Program-made: the position numbers and the translations under genes
Assembly (NCBI GenBank): GCA_017504405.1
Contig: JAFVRG010000001.1
Span: forward strand, 7,586 to 71,585
Reading direction: 5' to 3'
From: Clostridia bacterium
GTDB lineage: Bacteria > Bacillota > Clostridia > Oscillospirales > CAG-272
Length of the DNA stretch: 64,000 nt
The notes under the pieces: generated by a model
Database searches by the model: none
Seen by the model: the letters and a program-made list of their open reading frames with translations, nothing else
What the model was told of the DNA's origin: nothing
In this document: positions 51,801-60,491 of the stretch, piece by piece
Layout: every line of letters starts with the position of its first letter
How positions within the stretch are numbered: position 1 is the first letter of the stretch

Positions 51801-52407
51801 CAACCATCTCCTTAAGATCCTCGTAATCCCACGCCTCGATCTTCTGAATCTCGTGAGAGGTACGGAAGCCGTCGAAGAAGTTGAGCACGGGAACTCTGCC
51901 CTTGATAGTTGCAAGGTGTGCAACTGCGCCGAGGTCCATTATCTCCTGAGCGTTAGTCTCAGCCATCATAGCAAAGCCTGTCTGACGGCAAGCGTATACG
52001 TCGGAGTGATCACCGAAGATGTTGAGCGCATGAGAAGCAACGCAACGTGCGGATACGTGAATTACGCAGGGGAGAAGCTCTCCTGCTATCTTATACATGT
52101 TAGGAATCATCAGGAGAAGTCCCTGAGATGCCGTATAAGTCGTTGTGAGTGCACCGGAAGCCAAAGAACCGTGAACTGCGCCGGCAGCACCTGCCTCTGA
52201 CTGCAGCTCAATAACATTAACCTTGTCGCCCAGAATATTCTTAGCAGGCTCTCCGAAAATGTTCTTGTTTGAAGCAGACCAGGTGTCTGTCACCTCAGCC
52301 ATGGGGCTGGACGGTGTGATAGGGTAGATGGCAGCAACCTCAGTAAACGCATACGACACGTGTGCGGCGGCTGTGTTACCATCCATAGAAATTTTTCTTC
52401 TTTCCAT
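48808..52407 (-). CDS. nifJ: Pyruvate:ferredoxin (flavodoxin) oxidoreductase, single-polypeptide form
   Basis: 1199 aa. N-terminus MDGNTAAAHVSYAFTEVAAIYPITPSS. Two ferredoxin-type clusters, CAQCNNCAYVCPH and CMGCTLCVKACP. TPP-domain block GGDGWAYDIGFGG. GGAGG SD. Confidence 0.95.
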   Translation of the reverse strand: MERRKISMDGNTAAAHVSYAFTEVAAIYPITPSSPMAEVTDTWSASNKNIFGEPAKNILGDKVNVIELQSEAGAAGAVHGSLASGALTTTYTASQGLLLMIPNMYKIAGELLPCVIHVSARCVASHALNIFGDHSDVYACRQTGFAMMAETNAQEIMDLGAVAHLATIKGRVPVLNFFDGFRTSHEIQKIEAWDYEDLKEMVDMDAIDAFRKRSINPEFPKMRGSAENGDIFFQHREACNKFYDEFPAIVEEYMDKVNAKIGTDYKLFNYYGAPDAERVIIAMGSVCDTAEEVIDYLTAMGEKVGLVKVRLYRPFVAEKLAEALPATVKKIAAIDRTKEPGSIGEPLYLDVVAALAKTGVNAKVIGGRYGLGSKDVTPSSIFAMFDNLKLDEPKTNFTVGINDDVTGLSLDETVFHDTAPAGTISCKFWGLGGDGTVGANKNSIKIIGDHTDKFIQAYFQYDSKKTGGVTISHLRFGDKPIKSTYYINKADFVACHTPSYMLKGYKIVNDVKPGGTFLLNCQWSDEELDKHLSAETKQYIAKNNVKFYTVNAIDKAIEIGMGKRTNTILQSAFFALANIMPIAEAVDYMKYMAKKSYLKKGMDVVELNYKAIDAGVDALHEVKVPADWANATDSVKAAEATGSRPELVDFVNKIVLPVGKMQGDSLPVSVFEKYVDGTFPQGSSAYEKRGVAVTVPTWYAENCAQCNNCAYVCPHATIRPFAMNEEEAKNAPAETKFAPKMIGKGCEGYKYTMAVSPLDCMGCTLCVKACPVNAKGAKDGTGKKAIEMVAQETQIAQQKVFDYCVDNVSEKKELVSATVKGSQFKQPLLEFSGSCAGCAETSYARLVTQLFGERMYISNATGCSSIWGGSAPATPYTVNRESGRGPAWANSLFEDNAEHGLGMAIGQKTIRERLIGYVTELAATVEDADKKAIIDNYLATKDDGEANYAATDALVAMLEACDCKSELKDKILAEKQYLSKKSVWLFGGDGWAYDIGFGGLDHVIASGEDVNIFVFDTEVYSNTGGQASKASNIGQVAQFAAAGKAIGKKNLAEIAMSYGYVYVAQVAMGADMNQTLKAMKEAEAYKGPSLIIGYAPCEMHSIKGGMANCQVEMKRAVDAGYWQMFRYNPALKAEGKNPFTLDSKEPVADYQEFIKSEARYARLAQAFPERAEKLFAKAEANAKAKYERLLKFVDLYKED

Positions 52408-52556
52408 TTTGTTCCTCCGTTTTTATGTATAAATTAATAAGTAATTAAAAAACTACATACATATATATAATAACACTATTTTTTTAAAATGTAAAGTACT
52501 TTTTAATATATTTTTGCATAAAATACCTGGCAAAAGCAAATATTTTTGACATATCA

Positions 52557-52585
52557 TTGACATAACCGAAAAATAAGGGTATAAT
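52557..52585 (+). promoter_or_regulatory. Promoter of trpS
   Basis: TTGACA (52557-52562), a 17-nt spacer and TATAAT (52580-52585). The start codon is only about 33 nt downstream. Confidence 0.55.
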
Positions 52586-52618
52586 TATATGGACAAAACT
52601 GTTTAAGGATATGAAAAA

Positions 52619-53620
52619 ATGATAGCAGATAAGAAAATTGTGTTTTCCGGAGTTCAGCCCTCGGGCAACCTCACAATAGGAAATTATCTCGGAGCGATTA
52701 AAAATTTCAGCGCATTCTCCGATGAATATAAATGCTTCTACTGCGTTGTGGACCTGCACGCCGTAACCGTGCGCCAGGTGCCCGCCGAGCTTCGCCGCAG
52801 GACCTATGAAACTCTGGCGCTTTATATTGCGTGCGGTCTTGACCCTGAGAAGAACACCCTGTTCGTGCAGTCGCACGTTCCCGCTCACGCAGAGCTGGCG
52901 TGGTCGCTGAACTGCTACACTATGTTCGGCGAGCTGTCGAGAATGACACAGTTTAAGGATAAAAGCGCAAAGCATGCAAATAATATCAATGCAGGACTCT
53001 TTACCTATCCCGTGCTGATGGCATCGGATATACTTCTCTACCAGACAGACCTCGTTCCTGTCGGAGTGGACCAGAAGCAGCATCTTGAGCTTGCACGTGA
53101 TATTGCTATCCGCTTCAACGGTGTTTATTCGGATACGTTTACCGTTCCCGAAGGGTACATACCCCCTGCGGGAATGAAGATAATGTCACTCGCAGACCCC
53201 ACCTCGAAAATGTCGAAATCAGACCCCAACGCAAACGCAGTTGTGTATATACTTGACTCAAAGGACGATATAATAAGGAAGTTCAAGCGTGCGGTTACCG
53301 ACTCCGACTGCGAGATAAGGTATGCCGAGGGCAAGGACGGCATCAATAACCTGATGAGCATATACAAGTGCTTTACAGGCAAGGAATTTTCCGACATAGA
53401 GCGTGAATTTGACGGCAAGGGCTACGGAGATTTCAAGCTGGCGGTAGGCGAGGCGTGCGCTGATGCGCTCGCTCCCGTGAGAGGCGAGTTTGAGCGTCTT
53501 ATGGCTGACAAGGCATATCTTGAGGGTGTAATGAAGGCGGGCGCTGACGAGGCAAATTACCACGCTCGCAAAACGCTATCCAAGGTTTACCGAAAGATAG
53601 GCTTCACCCAAATAAAATAA
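52619..53620 (+). CDS. trpS: Tryptophan--tRNA ligase
   Basis: 333 aa. The HIGH-region equivalent is SGVQPSGNLTIGNYLGA and the KMSKS motif is present as written (SKMSKSD). Confidence 0.95.
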   Translation: MIADKKIVFSGVQPSGNLTIGNYLGAIKNFSAFSDEYKCFYCVVDLHAVTVRQVPAELRRRTYETLALYIACGLDPEKNTLFVQSHVPAHAELAWSLNCYTMFGELSRMTQFKDKSAKHANNINAGLFTYPVLMASDILLYQTDLVPVGVDQKQHLELARDIAIRFNGVYSDTFTVPEGYIPPAGMKIMSLADPTSKMSKSDPNANAVVYILDSKDDIIRKFKRAVTDSDCEIRYAEGKDGINNLMSIYKCFTGKEFSDIEREFDGKGYGDFKLAVGEACADALAPVRGEFERLMADKAYLEGVMKAGADEANYHARKTLSKVYRKIGFTQIK

Positions 53621-53637
53621 TCAACATATTTTCAAAA

Positions 53638-53672
53638 GAAACCGTACATAACCTATACGGTTTCTTTTTGTT
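53638..53672 (+). terminator. Intrinsic terminator after trpS
   Basis: gaaaccgta-N9-tacggtttc followed by TTTTTG. Confidence 0.6.
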
Positions 53673-53685
53673 TTCGGAGATAAAA

Positions 53686-54594
53686 ATGATAATACTGACA
53701 TCTATCTTCCTATCCTCGTTTTTAGCGACCGTTCTTCTGACCCTGCCTATAAAGGCGCTTGCCGGAGCCGTTGGCGCAATGGATTTGCCCGACGCACGAA
53801 AAATACACCAAATCCCCACGCCACGCATAGGGGGGATAGCGTTTTTCCTCTCATTTTTTCTCGTGTCCCTATGGACTGCCGCACATTCGCCGTCCCTTCA
53901 TTCGCAGATAATGTGTGCAGGAGCGCTGACGGTTGCCCTCGGTGTCAGCGACGATATATATTCCCTCTCGCCGTATGCAAAGCTTTTTTCCCAAATATCA
54001 ATAGCCTTCTGCGCCGTATCTCTCGGAGCGAGGGCAACTGTAATTGACCTTTTGATTTTCAGGGCAGAGCTATCCCCGATTTTATCATACGTCATCAGCA
54101 TCCTGTTTATCGTTTTTTTGATGAATGCGTTTAACTTTATAGACGGAATGGACGGGCTCGCCGCCTCGCTCGCATCCGTTTCACTCTTTTCCCTGCTCGT
54201 AATTATGCGCTCGGAGCACAGCACGGGGGTTTTTCTCACCTGTGCGCTTTTAGGCGCTCTTTTCGGCTTTTTCCCGTTCAATATGAACAGGGCGTCGGTT
54301 TTTATGGGGGACAGCGGCTCTAATTTTCTCGGTCTTTGCCTTGCGTGCCTTTCACTGCGTTCCTTTTCGGGAAAAATCAGTATGCCCCTGATTTTGTGTC
54401 TGCTCGTGCCTATGCTCGACGTTGTTTTTGCAATAACTCGCAGACTTCTAAAGGGGAAAAATCCGTTCACCGCCGACAGAGGACATATTCACCACACTCT
54501 CTATGACATAGGCTTTTCGCAGAATACGGTGGTTTTTATGATGACTTTGTTTGCGATTTGCGCCGCAACGGTTGGAATAATATTAAAAATTTAA
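53686..54594 (+). CDS. Glycosyltransferase family 4 polyprenyl-phosphate sugar-1-phosphate transferase (WecA/TagO/MraY-like)
   Basis: ORF-track frame trimmed to the ATG at 53686. Polytopic membrane protein with the signature NAFNFIDGMDGLA and the block HIHHTL. Confidence 0.8.
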   Translation: MIILTSIFLSSFLATVLLTLPIKALAGAVGAMDLPDARKIHQIPTPRIGGIAFFLSFFLVSLWTAAHSPSLHSQIMCAGALTVALGVSDDIYSLSPYAKLFSQISIAFCAVSLGARATVIDLLIFRAELSPILSYVISILFIVFLMNAFNFIDGMDGLAASLASVSLFSLLVIMRSEHSTGVFLTCALLGALFGFFPFNMNRASVFMGDSGSNFLGLCLACLSLRSFSGKISMPLILCLLVPMLDVVFAITRRLLKGKNPFTADRGHIHHTLYDIGFSQNTVVFMMTLFAICAATVGIILKI

Positions 54595-54602
54595 ATTACC
54601 CC

Positions 54603-54630
54603 TTGACAAAACCGAAATACTCTGCTATAA
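54603..54630 (+). promoter_or_regulatory. Promoter of tRNA-Thr
   Basis: TTGACA (54603-54608), a 16-nt spacer and TATAAT (54625-54630). Confidence 0.55.
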
Positions 54631-54645
54631 TAGTCGAGTAAAATT

Positions 54646-54721
<76 letters not shown>

Positions 54722-54789
54722 AAGGGTGCAGAATATTAATTCTGCACTTTTTGTTTTAATACAGCCCTGTCTTTTCTCATTTTTGCATT

Positions 54790-54819
54790 ACAAAGTTTTT
54801 TGATAAGCTTTTTGAAGCG
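54790..54819 (+). repeat. Intergenic repeat, copy 4a (degenerate)
   Basis: acaaagttttttgataagctttttgaagcg. Confidence 0.5.
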
Positions 54820-54865
54820 CCTTTTTTCATTTTTCATTTCCATGCATACTGCCCCTTCATTTTCC

Positions 54866-54904
54866 CTTTTACAAAAGTTTTTGCTAAGCTTTTTTCAAAA
54901 AGCG
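54866..54904 (+). repeat. Intergenic repeat, copy 4b
   Basis: cttttacaaaagtttttgctaagcttttttcaaaaagcg. Confidence 0.7.
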
Positions 54905-54979
54905 TCTTTTCGTTTTTTGTTTTTGTGTATATCTTTCTCTTTTTCGGTTAAAATAAATAAAACCGATAAGGAGATTTTT

Positions 54980-55249
54980 ATGAGAAACAAGTGTTGTTCG
55001 CCCACGTATATGAAGCATCCGATTATGACTGCGGGCGTTGTTTTCTTGGCAGGGGTTGGCATGTGCGGAATCGTTATGTCAATAAAGAGCAAGAAAAAGG
55101 CGATGGGCGATGCAGTAAAAAAATATACCTCTGACTGTGTTCAGAAATGCGAGAGCATCTGCTCCTCTATGTGCCAGAGCATCTGCGATAAATTAGAGGG
55201 TATGACAAGCTCCGCCGGCAGCTCCGCCTCCGACACAGCCAACAATTAA
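54980..55249 (+). CDS. Small (89 aa) membrane-anchored protein with a Cys-x3 heptad-like stripe
   Basis: ORF-track frame trimmed to the ATG at 54980 (AAGGAG SD). TM helix IMTAGVVFLAGVGMCGIVMSI followed by CVQKCESICSSMCQSIC, five Cys residues at i, i+4 spacing. Confidence 0.55.
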   Translation: MRNKCCSPTYMKHPIMTAGVVFLAGVGMCGIVMSIKSKKKAMGDAVKKYTSDCVQKCESICSSMCQSICDKLEGMTSSAGSSASDTANN

Positions 55250-55256
55250 AAAAATA

Positions 55257-55289
55257 CGTGAAGGGCTTGCCTATATGCCCTTCACGTGC
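55257..55289. terminator. Bidirectional terminator between convergent genes
   Basis: cgtgaagggc-N10-gcccttcacg flanked by A-runs and T-runs. Confidence 0.55.
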
Positions 55290-55292
55290 TTT

Positions 55293-55817
55293 TTATTCCT
55301 CGCCGTATTCCTTTTTTATCCTGCCGAACACGCTTTTCAGCTCCTCGGATGCTCTGCCGTTGCACATAGCATACGCACGCTTGCAGCACTTGCGTGCATT
55401 ATCATACTGTCTCATATCGCAATATGCCGCAGCCGCAGAGGTGAGAAGTGCCGGATTCATTATGCCAGCTCCGTATCTGCGCTTCGCAAACGCAAACAGC
55501 TCAATTGCCCTTTCGGGGGCGTTTATGCCTCTGTAACAGGATGTGATTCTCGGCAATATACAGCTCATGGTATCGGCGTCGCAACGGGACGCCGCCTCCT
55601 CGTAGCACCTGATTGCGAGTCCGAATGAGCGTGTTTGCTTGTATCTGTCCCCCTCCAGAACAACTGCATCTACGTCCATTTGTGTCAGATCTATGCTCTG
55701 AATATAGAGCTTGTTTAGCTCATCCTGTAGGGTCTGGTGCACTACAACGTAGCTCGAGTCAAACCACTTCATGCCGTTTCTCATATATTCCTTGCCGTTA
55801 TACGTAATCTTTTCCAT
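55293..55817 (-). CDS. Hypothetical 174-aa protein (possibly TPR/Sel1-like helical repeats)
   Basis: Clean ORF 2 nt downstream of the upstream gene's stop. The helical-repeat-like text AIRCYEEAASRC...AYCDMRQYDNARKCCKRAYAM is only a weak indication. Confidence 0.45.
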   Translation of the reverse strand: MEKITYNGKEYMRNGMKWFDSSYVVVHQTLQDELNKLYIQSIDLTQMDVDAVVLEGDRYKQTRSFGLAIRCYEEAASRCDADTMSCILPRITSCYRGINAPERAIELFAFAKRRYGAGIMNPALLTSAAAAYCDMRQYDNARKCCKRAYAMCNGRASEELKSVFGRIKKEYGEE

Positions 55818-55819
55818 AC

Positions 55820-57754
55820 TTAATCCCCTGTAAATACTACTGCCTTATCTATAATAATGTAGGAATTGTCAGCCTGACAGCTTTTGTCACCCGAAACCTC
55901 TACCGTGAGTGTATGCTCGCCGTCAGGTAAATACGGGCTCGTAAATTGCAGGGTGTCCCCCGTTGTTACCTCTGCGCTCTGCCTGTACTTATTTTCCCAT
56001 GCGCCGACTCTCGAATGAAAATCCTCCTCGCATACGAAATTGCCGTCTATGTAGATTTTTGCTATACCGTTGCTTCTAAATGCGCCGCCGAACAGCATTA
56101 TTCTGTTTCCCGTAAAGGTGAGAGTTGCCCTCGCCCCCTTCTCGTTTGAACGGTGGAAATCTGCGTCGTGAGAGCCGTATTGGTCGCTAAGATGCTCCCA
56201 CTTACCCTCATACTCGAATTCGGTATCGTTTATATATTTTTGCACGCCCGAAAATCCCGTTTCTCCGGTTTTTATGATTATCCGCCTATATGATTTAAGG
56301 GGGAACGGCGTACCGTTATCCGAAACCTCCAAAATCAGGTGAAGCTCGTCATTCGTTGCGTTTTCGGGTATCCTTACGCTGACGCTTGGCGCATCTGCGC
56401 CAAAGAGCGAAACCTCCCCGAAATAAGTGCCCGCCTCACGGTAGATATACCATTTATACGAGAGGGCATCCCCGTCGGGGTCATAGGATTCTGATGCATC
56501 AAGGGAGAGCGTATCCCCCGCCCTTGCATCTACAAAAATCATATCGCTTCCGCAGTCGCCGTTTACGGCAGCCACAGGGTTGTGATTGCAGGAGGGAAAC
56601 TCTCCGTTCACCGTCCACAGCATTCGTGCGGCAAAATCATTCTGCACATCCCAGCGCCAACGGCACACCGAGGCGTACGGACTTTTGTTGAGAAAGCAGC
56701 CGTTGTGCCCGTCATACCAGCTGTCCACGTCATCCCTGTGCATAAGGTAGGGCTTTTTCTCGTAAAGGTAGGTATACCCAAAATGCTCCGCAGGGACGTT
56801 TTGCGATTTAACACGTGTAAAGCGTCCGCCCCAGCCGCCCCATTCGGGATGCCTGTAATCGGACAGTCCGTTGTGAATGAGGTTTAATATAGAGGGGGTG
56901 TCGGTTTCCATTCCGTTTGTAGCCATAGGATAGACCCCTCCCATAGCGCCAACCTCTTGCATATTTTTGCGTATCCATTCAGGGCTGGTCGTGGTGAGGT
57001 CACCGACAAAGCAATCCTTGCCAAAAAGGTTCGGGCTCTTTATCGGAGTTTCGGAAAACCCCCAGAAGGCGGTGTCGGAGCGCCGCCAATCTATTTCGGG
57101 GTGACGTGAGCAAATCCACGCACCGCAGTCGTCCTGTCCGTCTATATCGTAGACCGTGAGATGTGAAAGAAGCTCTGAGAGCACCCTCGGCTCATAGGCT
57201 TTCTCCATATCGAATATCGCCTGTGCGAGAGCTCCGCAGCCACCCCAGAGCGCAATATAAAGGCCCCGTGGGTCCTCTTTTTCTATCGCCCTCTCTATCA
57301 GCCGTGAGCCGTCGTTTGTTTTCCCCTCTCCCACGTTTACAACAGTTGCCTCTTTGTCTCTGTTGCGAACAAATTCAAGCTTCTCCTCACCCGACATATT
57401 CCAGAATGCGCCTAGGTCGTATTTTTCGTATCCCTTAATGTTAACACGGTCTGTTCCTCGCTTCACAACCGAGCGAAGATGCTCGGCGGTGGGATATCCG
57501 TACTTGTGAACGAGCAGGTTATCCCGCACACGCTCGTAGGCGTTTATCACGTCCAAAACCCTTTGGACGTACCCTGCGTCAGACGTGTCGGGATGGCACC
57601 ACGAGGCACTCGTGATAATGCCCTCTATATCGTATTCGTTTGAATAGAGCAACAGGCGTACAAGCGACTGAGCATCATCGGGCTCGTCATCCCATGCGCC
57701 TATATCCGTCAACACAATAAGCCTTGTTTTTTCCATATCCTTAGCCTTTGTCAA
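55820..57754 (-). CDS. DUF1593-like (nucleoside-hydrolase-like domain) protein with a PKD/Ig-like domain and a C-terminal carbohydrate-binding-like domain
   Basis: The N-terminus RLIVLTDIGAWDDEPDDAQSLVRLLLYSNEYDIEGIITS matches my memory of the DUF1593 N-terminal motif. DPDGDALSYKWYIY is PKD-like. No signal peptide. Confidence 0.5.
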   Translation of the reverse strand: MTKAKDMEKTRLIVLTDIGAWDDEPDDAQSLVRLLLYSNEYDIEGIITSASWCHPDTSDAGYVQRVLDVINAYERVRDNLLVHKYGYPTAEHLRSVVKRGTDRVNIKGYEKYDLGAFWNMSGEEKLEFVRNRDKEATVVNVGEGKTNDGSRLIERAIEKEDPRGLYIALWGGCGALAQAIFDMEKAYEPRVLSELLSHLTVYDIDGQDDCGAWICSRHPEIDWRRSDTAFWGFSETPIKSPNLFGKDCFVGDLTTTSPEWIRKNMQEVGAMGGVYPMATNGMETDTPSILNLIHNGLSDYRHPEWGGWGGRFTRVKSQNVPAEHFGYTYLYEKKPYLMHRDDVDSWYDGHNGCFLNKSPYASVCRWRWDVQNDFAARMLWTVNGEFPSCNHNPVAAVNGDCGSDMIFVDARAGDTLSLDASESYDPDGDALSYKWYIYREAGTYFGEVSLFGADAPSVSVRIPENATNDELHLILEVSDNGTPFPLKSYRRIIIKTGETGFSGVQKYINDTEFEYEGKWEHLSDQYGSHDADFHRSNEKGARATLTFTGNRIMLFGGAFRSNGIAKIYIDGNFVCEEDFHSRVGAWENKYRQSAEVTTGDTLQFTSPYLPDGEHTLTVEVSGDKSCQADNSYIIIDKAVVFTGD

Positions 57755-57793
57755 AGCGGGCGGAGAAGCTCCGCCCGCGTGTTGTTGTTATGT

Positions 57794-59989
57794 CTACTTT
57801 CTGGTTATATTGCCGACATTAACGTCGTAGAGCTTTTCAATCAGAAGATTGCTCAAAATCTGCATTCTTATGTCGATTTCCTCATAGCCCTTCTCTATTT
57901 CCTCGGCAGTTGTTCCGTAATAGGACGCCATTTCGTTTATAAACTGCGTCCTGTACTTCTGGTAATCCTCGTCAGAGGGAACAATTCCGAGAGTCTTGAC
58001 AGCCGAGAAAAGTATCATCTTCTCCTTAATTCTGCTCTGAGCTACAAATTCGAGGTAGTAATCTGTATCTCTGTCCTTCTCTGCGCCGCTCTCAATTGCG
58101 CTTGCCTGAATATAGGAATTAAGGCTGGGATAGGTCTGCGTGAACGAGGTGCCGTACTGACTTCTGTAGGAATTGTAGGTAGCCTTTATCTCCTCGTAAA
58201 CCTTATCAACCTCGTCCTCTACGTTTCCGTCGGGGTACTCGATAACCATTGCCTTGTCAAACAGGTGCGCCCATATCTGAGATGACGCCTCGTTTATATC
58301 CTCGCTTCTCTGGCTCGCCTCCAGGTATTCACGGGTGTAATCCTTGAATGCGTTTATAAGCTCATCGCCCGTCTTGTCAGATTCATACTTAACGGTATTC
58401 TTTATAAAATCCTCGTCAAGAGCAGGGATTTCGCAGGGGGTTATATGGTCAACAACGATATAGAATCTCGCAGTCGCTCCGTTTAAGTGAGGCTGAGAGG
58501 AATTGTAATCGTCAGGGAAAACGGCGTCAATATAAACCGCATCGTCAACATCCTCGGCAGCGAGGCGGATATATCCCTCGACAGCTACGTTGCGTACAGC
58601 GCCGTCTATTTCAAGCTCAAAATCCTGTGCAAAGGTTCCCTGAAGGTCAACGTCACAGGTTTTAAAGTAATCGAGCAGGGGCTGATACAAATCCTTTGTA
58701 AGATCCCTAAGATTTCCTGTGTGAGTCTCTGCATTTGCCGCATCAACGGTATTTACAAACTGCTCATAGGGCTTGATATAATCAACGACCGTGTCGTTTT
58801 TAGAGTACTGCGCCTTCAGCATTATGCTGATTTTAAGGTCCTTGAGATTTCCCGAGCCGTCAAACAAAACGTCCTTTATCTTACCCGTGGAGGTTGCGCC
58901 CGTAACGCTTCCGGAAACGCCCTTACCGATAAAGCCGTTTTCAAAATCTGCAATAGAGTTACCTGCGCCTATATTTACCGAATAAACCGTTGAGCCGTAG
59001 TTTGAATCAAACAGCGAGCCAACATAATCGTTGTATTTCTCGTCCGCAACAGAGAGAATTACTCCTCTGTAAAATGCGTAGGAAATATCGCCCTTCTTCG
59101 CAACGTAATTCTCTCCGCCTCTTGCGTAGAGAGCGTCTACAATTACGTGGAAGGTTGCGGTTTTACCCTTCAGGGCGGGGATCGAATAATCCTCGGGGAA
59201 GCTGATTTCTATATCCTTGAAGGCTTCGGTTGACTTAAAGTTTACAGTACCCGAATAGGTAACCTCACGGTTAGCGCCCGCCTTCTCCTTCGTTCTCTTG
59301 AACTCAAAGGTCTTGCCTATCTCCTTACCGACGAGCTCGGAATATTCGCCCTCGGCAGGAACAACTATTCTCTTATAGGAATAGGTATCACTCTTTGTTG
59401 TAGTGTTGTTGGTCTTATAAGACTCGGTATAGGTTACGTACACAATGTCGCCGACAGCAACCGTGCCCTCGGTCTTTATCTCTCTCTTCGTATCCTTGAA
59501 ATCGCCGAGCTTATAATCTCCGCTGCCCAGCTTTTTCTCCAAAAGCTCGCTCACGGTGTTAGCACCGAGATAAACCGAGGAGGGAGTGCTCTGAGGCATA
59601 TTTGTTCCCGATGCGTATACGGGAACGGGATTTCCCGAGGAATCGTAGTTATAGCCTGCCATTCCGTCGAGAGCGTCAATATAGTCCTCTCCGTCAACGG
59701 TTACGTAATAGTAGATATCTACCATATCTCCCATTCCTATAACCGCTTCCTCGTCGGTGTTTTTAGTATACTTACGGTTGGCAAACAGCAAATCGTTTAT
59801 ATATTCGTCAGCCGTTTTGCCACGCTGGGTGAGGCTCAGCGCTATATTTCTCAGGTCGGCATCCGAGAGGGTAATGTATTCGCCAAGGTCGTCGCTCTCG
59901 TAATCTACCGTGTCACTGCATGAAGCGAGCGCGCAAACCGCCATCACCATGACGAGCGCAAGGCTCAGTATTCTCGTAAATTTTTTCAC
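57794..59989 (-). CDS. Lipoprotein (731 aa) with FKBP/trigger-factor-like segments (putative extracytoplasmic chaperone)
   Basis: GTG start at 59989 overlaps the rnhA stop (GTGA). Lipobox CALASC. Segments such as GDMVDIYYYVTVDGEDY and GDIVYVTYTESY resemble FKBP/TF PPIase strands. The helical C-terminal third is colinear with trigger-factor C-domains by eye. Confidence 0.4.
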   Translation of the reverse strand: MKKFTRILSLALVMVMAVCALASCSDTVDYESDDLGEYITLSDADLRNIALSLTQRGKTADEYINDLLFANRKYTKNTDEEAVIGMGDMVDIYYYVTVDGEDYIDALDGMAGYNYDSSGNPVPVYASGTNMPQSTPSSVYLGANTVSELLEKKLGSGDYKLGDFKDTKREIKTEGTVAVGDIVYVTYTESYKTNNTTTKSDTYSYKRIVVPAEGEYSELVGKEIGKTFEFKRTKEKAGANREVTYSGTVNFKSTEAFKDIEISFPEDYSIPALKGKTATFHVIVDALYARGGENYVAKKGDISYAFYRGVILSVADEKYNDYVGSLFDSNYGSTVYSVNIGAGNSIADFENGFIGKGVSGSVTGATSTGKIKDVLFDGSGNLKDLKISIMLKAQYSKNDTVVDYIKPYEQFVNTVDAANAETHTGNLRDLTKDLYQPLLDYFKTCDVDLQGTFAQDFELEIDGAVRNVAVEGYIRLAAEDVDDAVYIDAVFPDDYNSSQPHLNGATARFYIVVDHITPCEIPALDEDFIKNTVKYESDKTGDELINAFKDYTREYLEASQRSEDINEASSQIWAHLFDKAMVIEYPDGNVEDEVDKVYEEIKATYNSYRSQYGTSFTQTYPSLNSYIQASAIESGAEKDRDTDYYLEFVAQSRIKEKMILFSAVKTLGIVPSDEDYQKYRTQFINEMASYYGTTAEEIEKGYEEIDIRMQILSNLLIEKLYDVNVGNITRK

Positions 59990-60435
59990 GTTTCTTCAAA
60001 ACCTTTCTTTTTGTATTTGTCCGCCTCGGCGGTAGCGAGAGCATCGCACCTCTCGTTATAGGGGTGACCGTTATGTCCCTTTACCCAGATGAAATTCACC
60101 CTGTGTGTTTGGAGCAGGGATAAAAGCCTTTGCCACAAATCGGGGTTTTTGATTTTTCCGCCCCGAAAGCCGCTCGCAACCCAGTCTTTCGTCCAGCCGA
60201 GATTTATTGCATCAACAATATATTTTGAATCAGAATATAAATCAACCTCACACGGCTCCTTGAGGGCAGAGAGCGCCGATATTACTCCCAAAAGCTCCAT
60301 GCGGTTATTGGTCGTTTCCGCCTCACCGCCCGATAGCTCCTTTTCCCTGCCGTTATAGCAGAGGATTGCGCCCCAGCCCCCGGGGCCCGGATTGCTCCTG
60401 CAAGCTCCGTCCGTGTAAATTTCTACCTTCTTCAT
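59986..60435 (-). CDS. rnhA: Ribonuclease HI
   Basis: ORF-track frame (TTG at 60453) trimmed to the ATG at 60435. MKKVEIYTDGACRSNPGPGGWGAIL...TNNRMEL...DSKY...W.KGH..H..NE.CD are the RNase H catalytic DEDD blocks. Confidence 0.9.
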   Translation of the reverse strand: MKKVEIYTDGACRSNPGPGGWGAILCYNGREKELSGGEAETTNNRMELLGVISALSALKEPCEVDLYSDSKYIVDAINLGWTKDWVASGFRGGKIKNPDLWQRLLSLLQTHRVNFIWVKGHNGHPYNERCDALATAEADKYKKKGFEET

Positions 60436-60491
60436 ATCTTTCTTCGATACCAAAAGAAGGACTACCTATGTGGTCCTTCTTCTGAGTCAAA

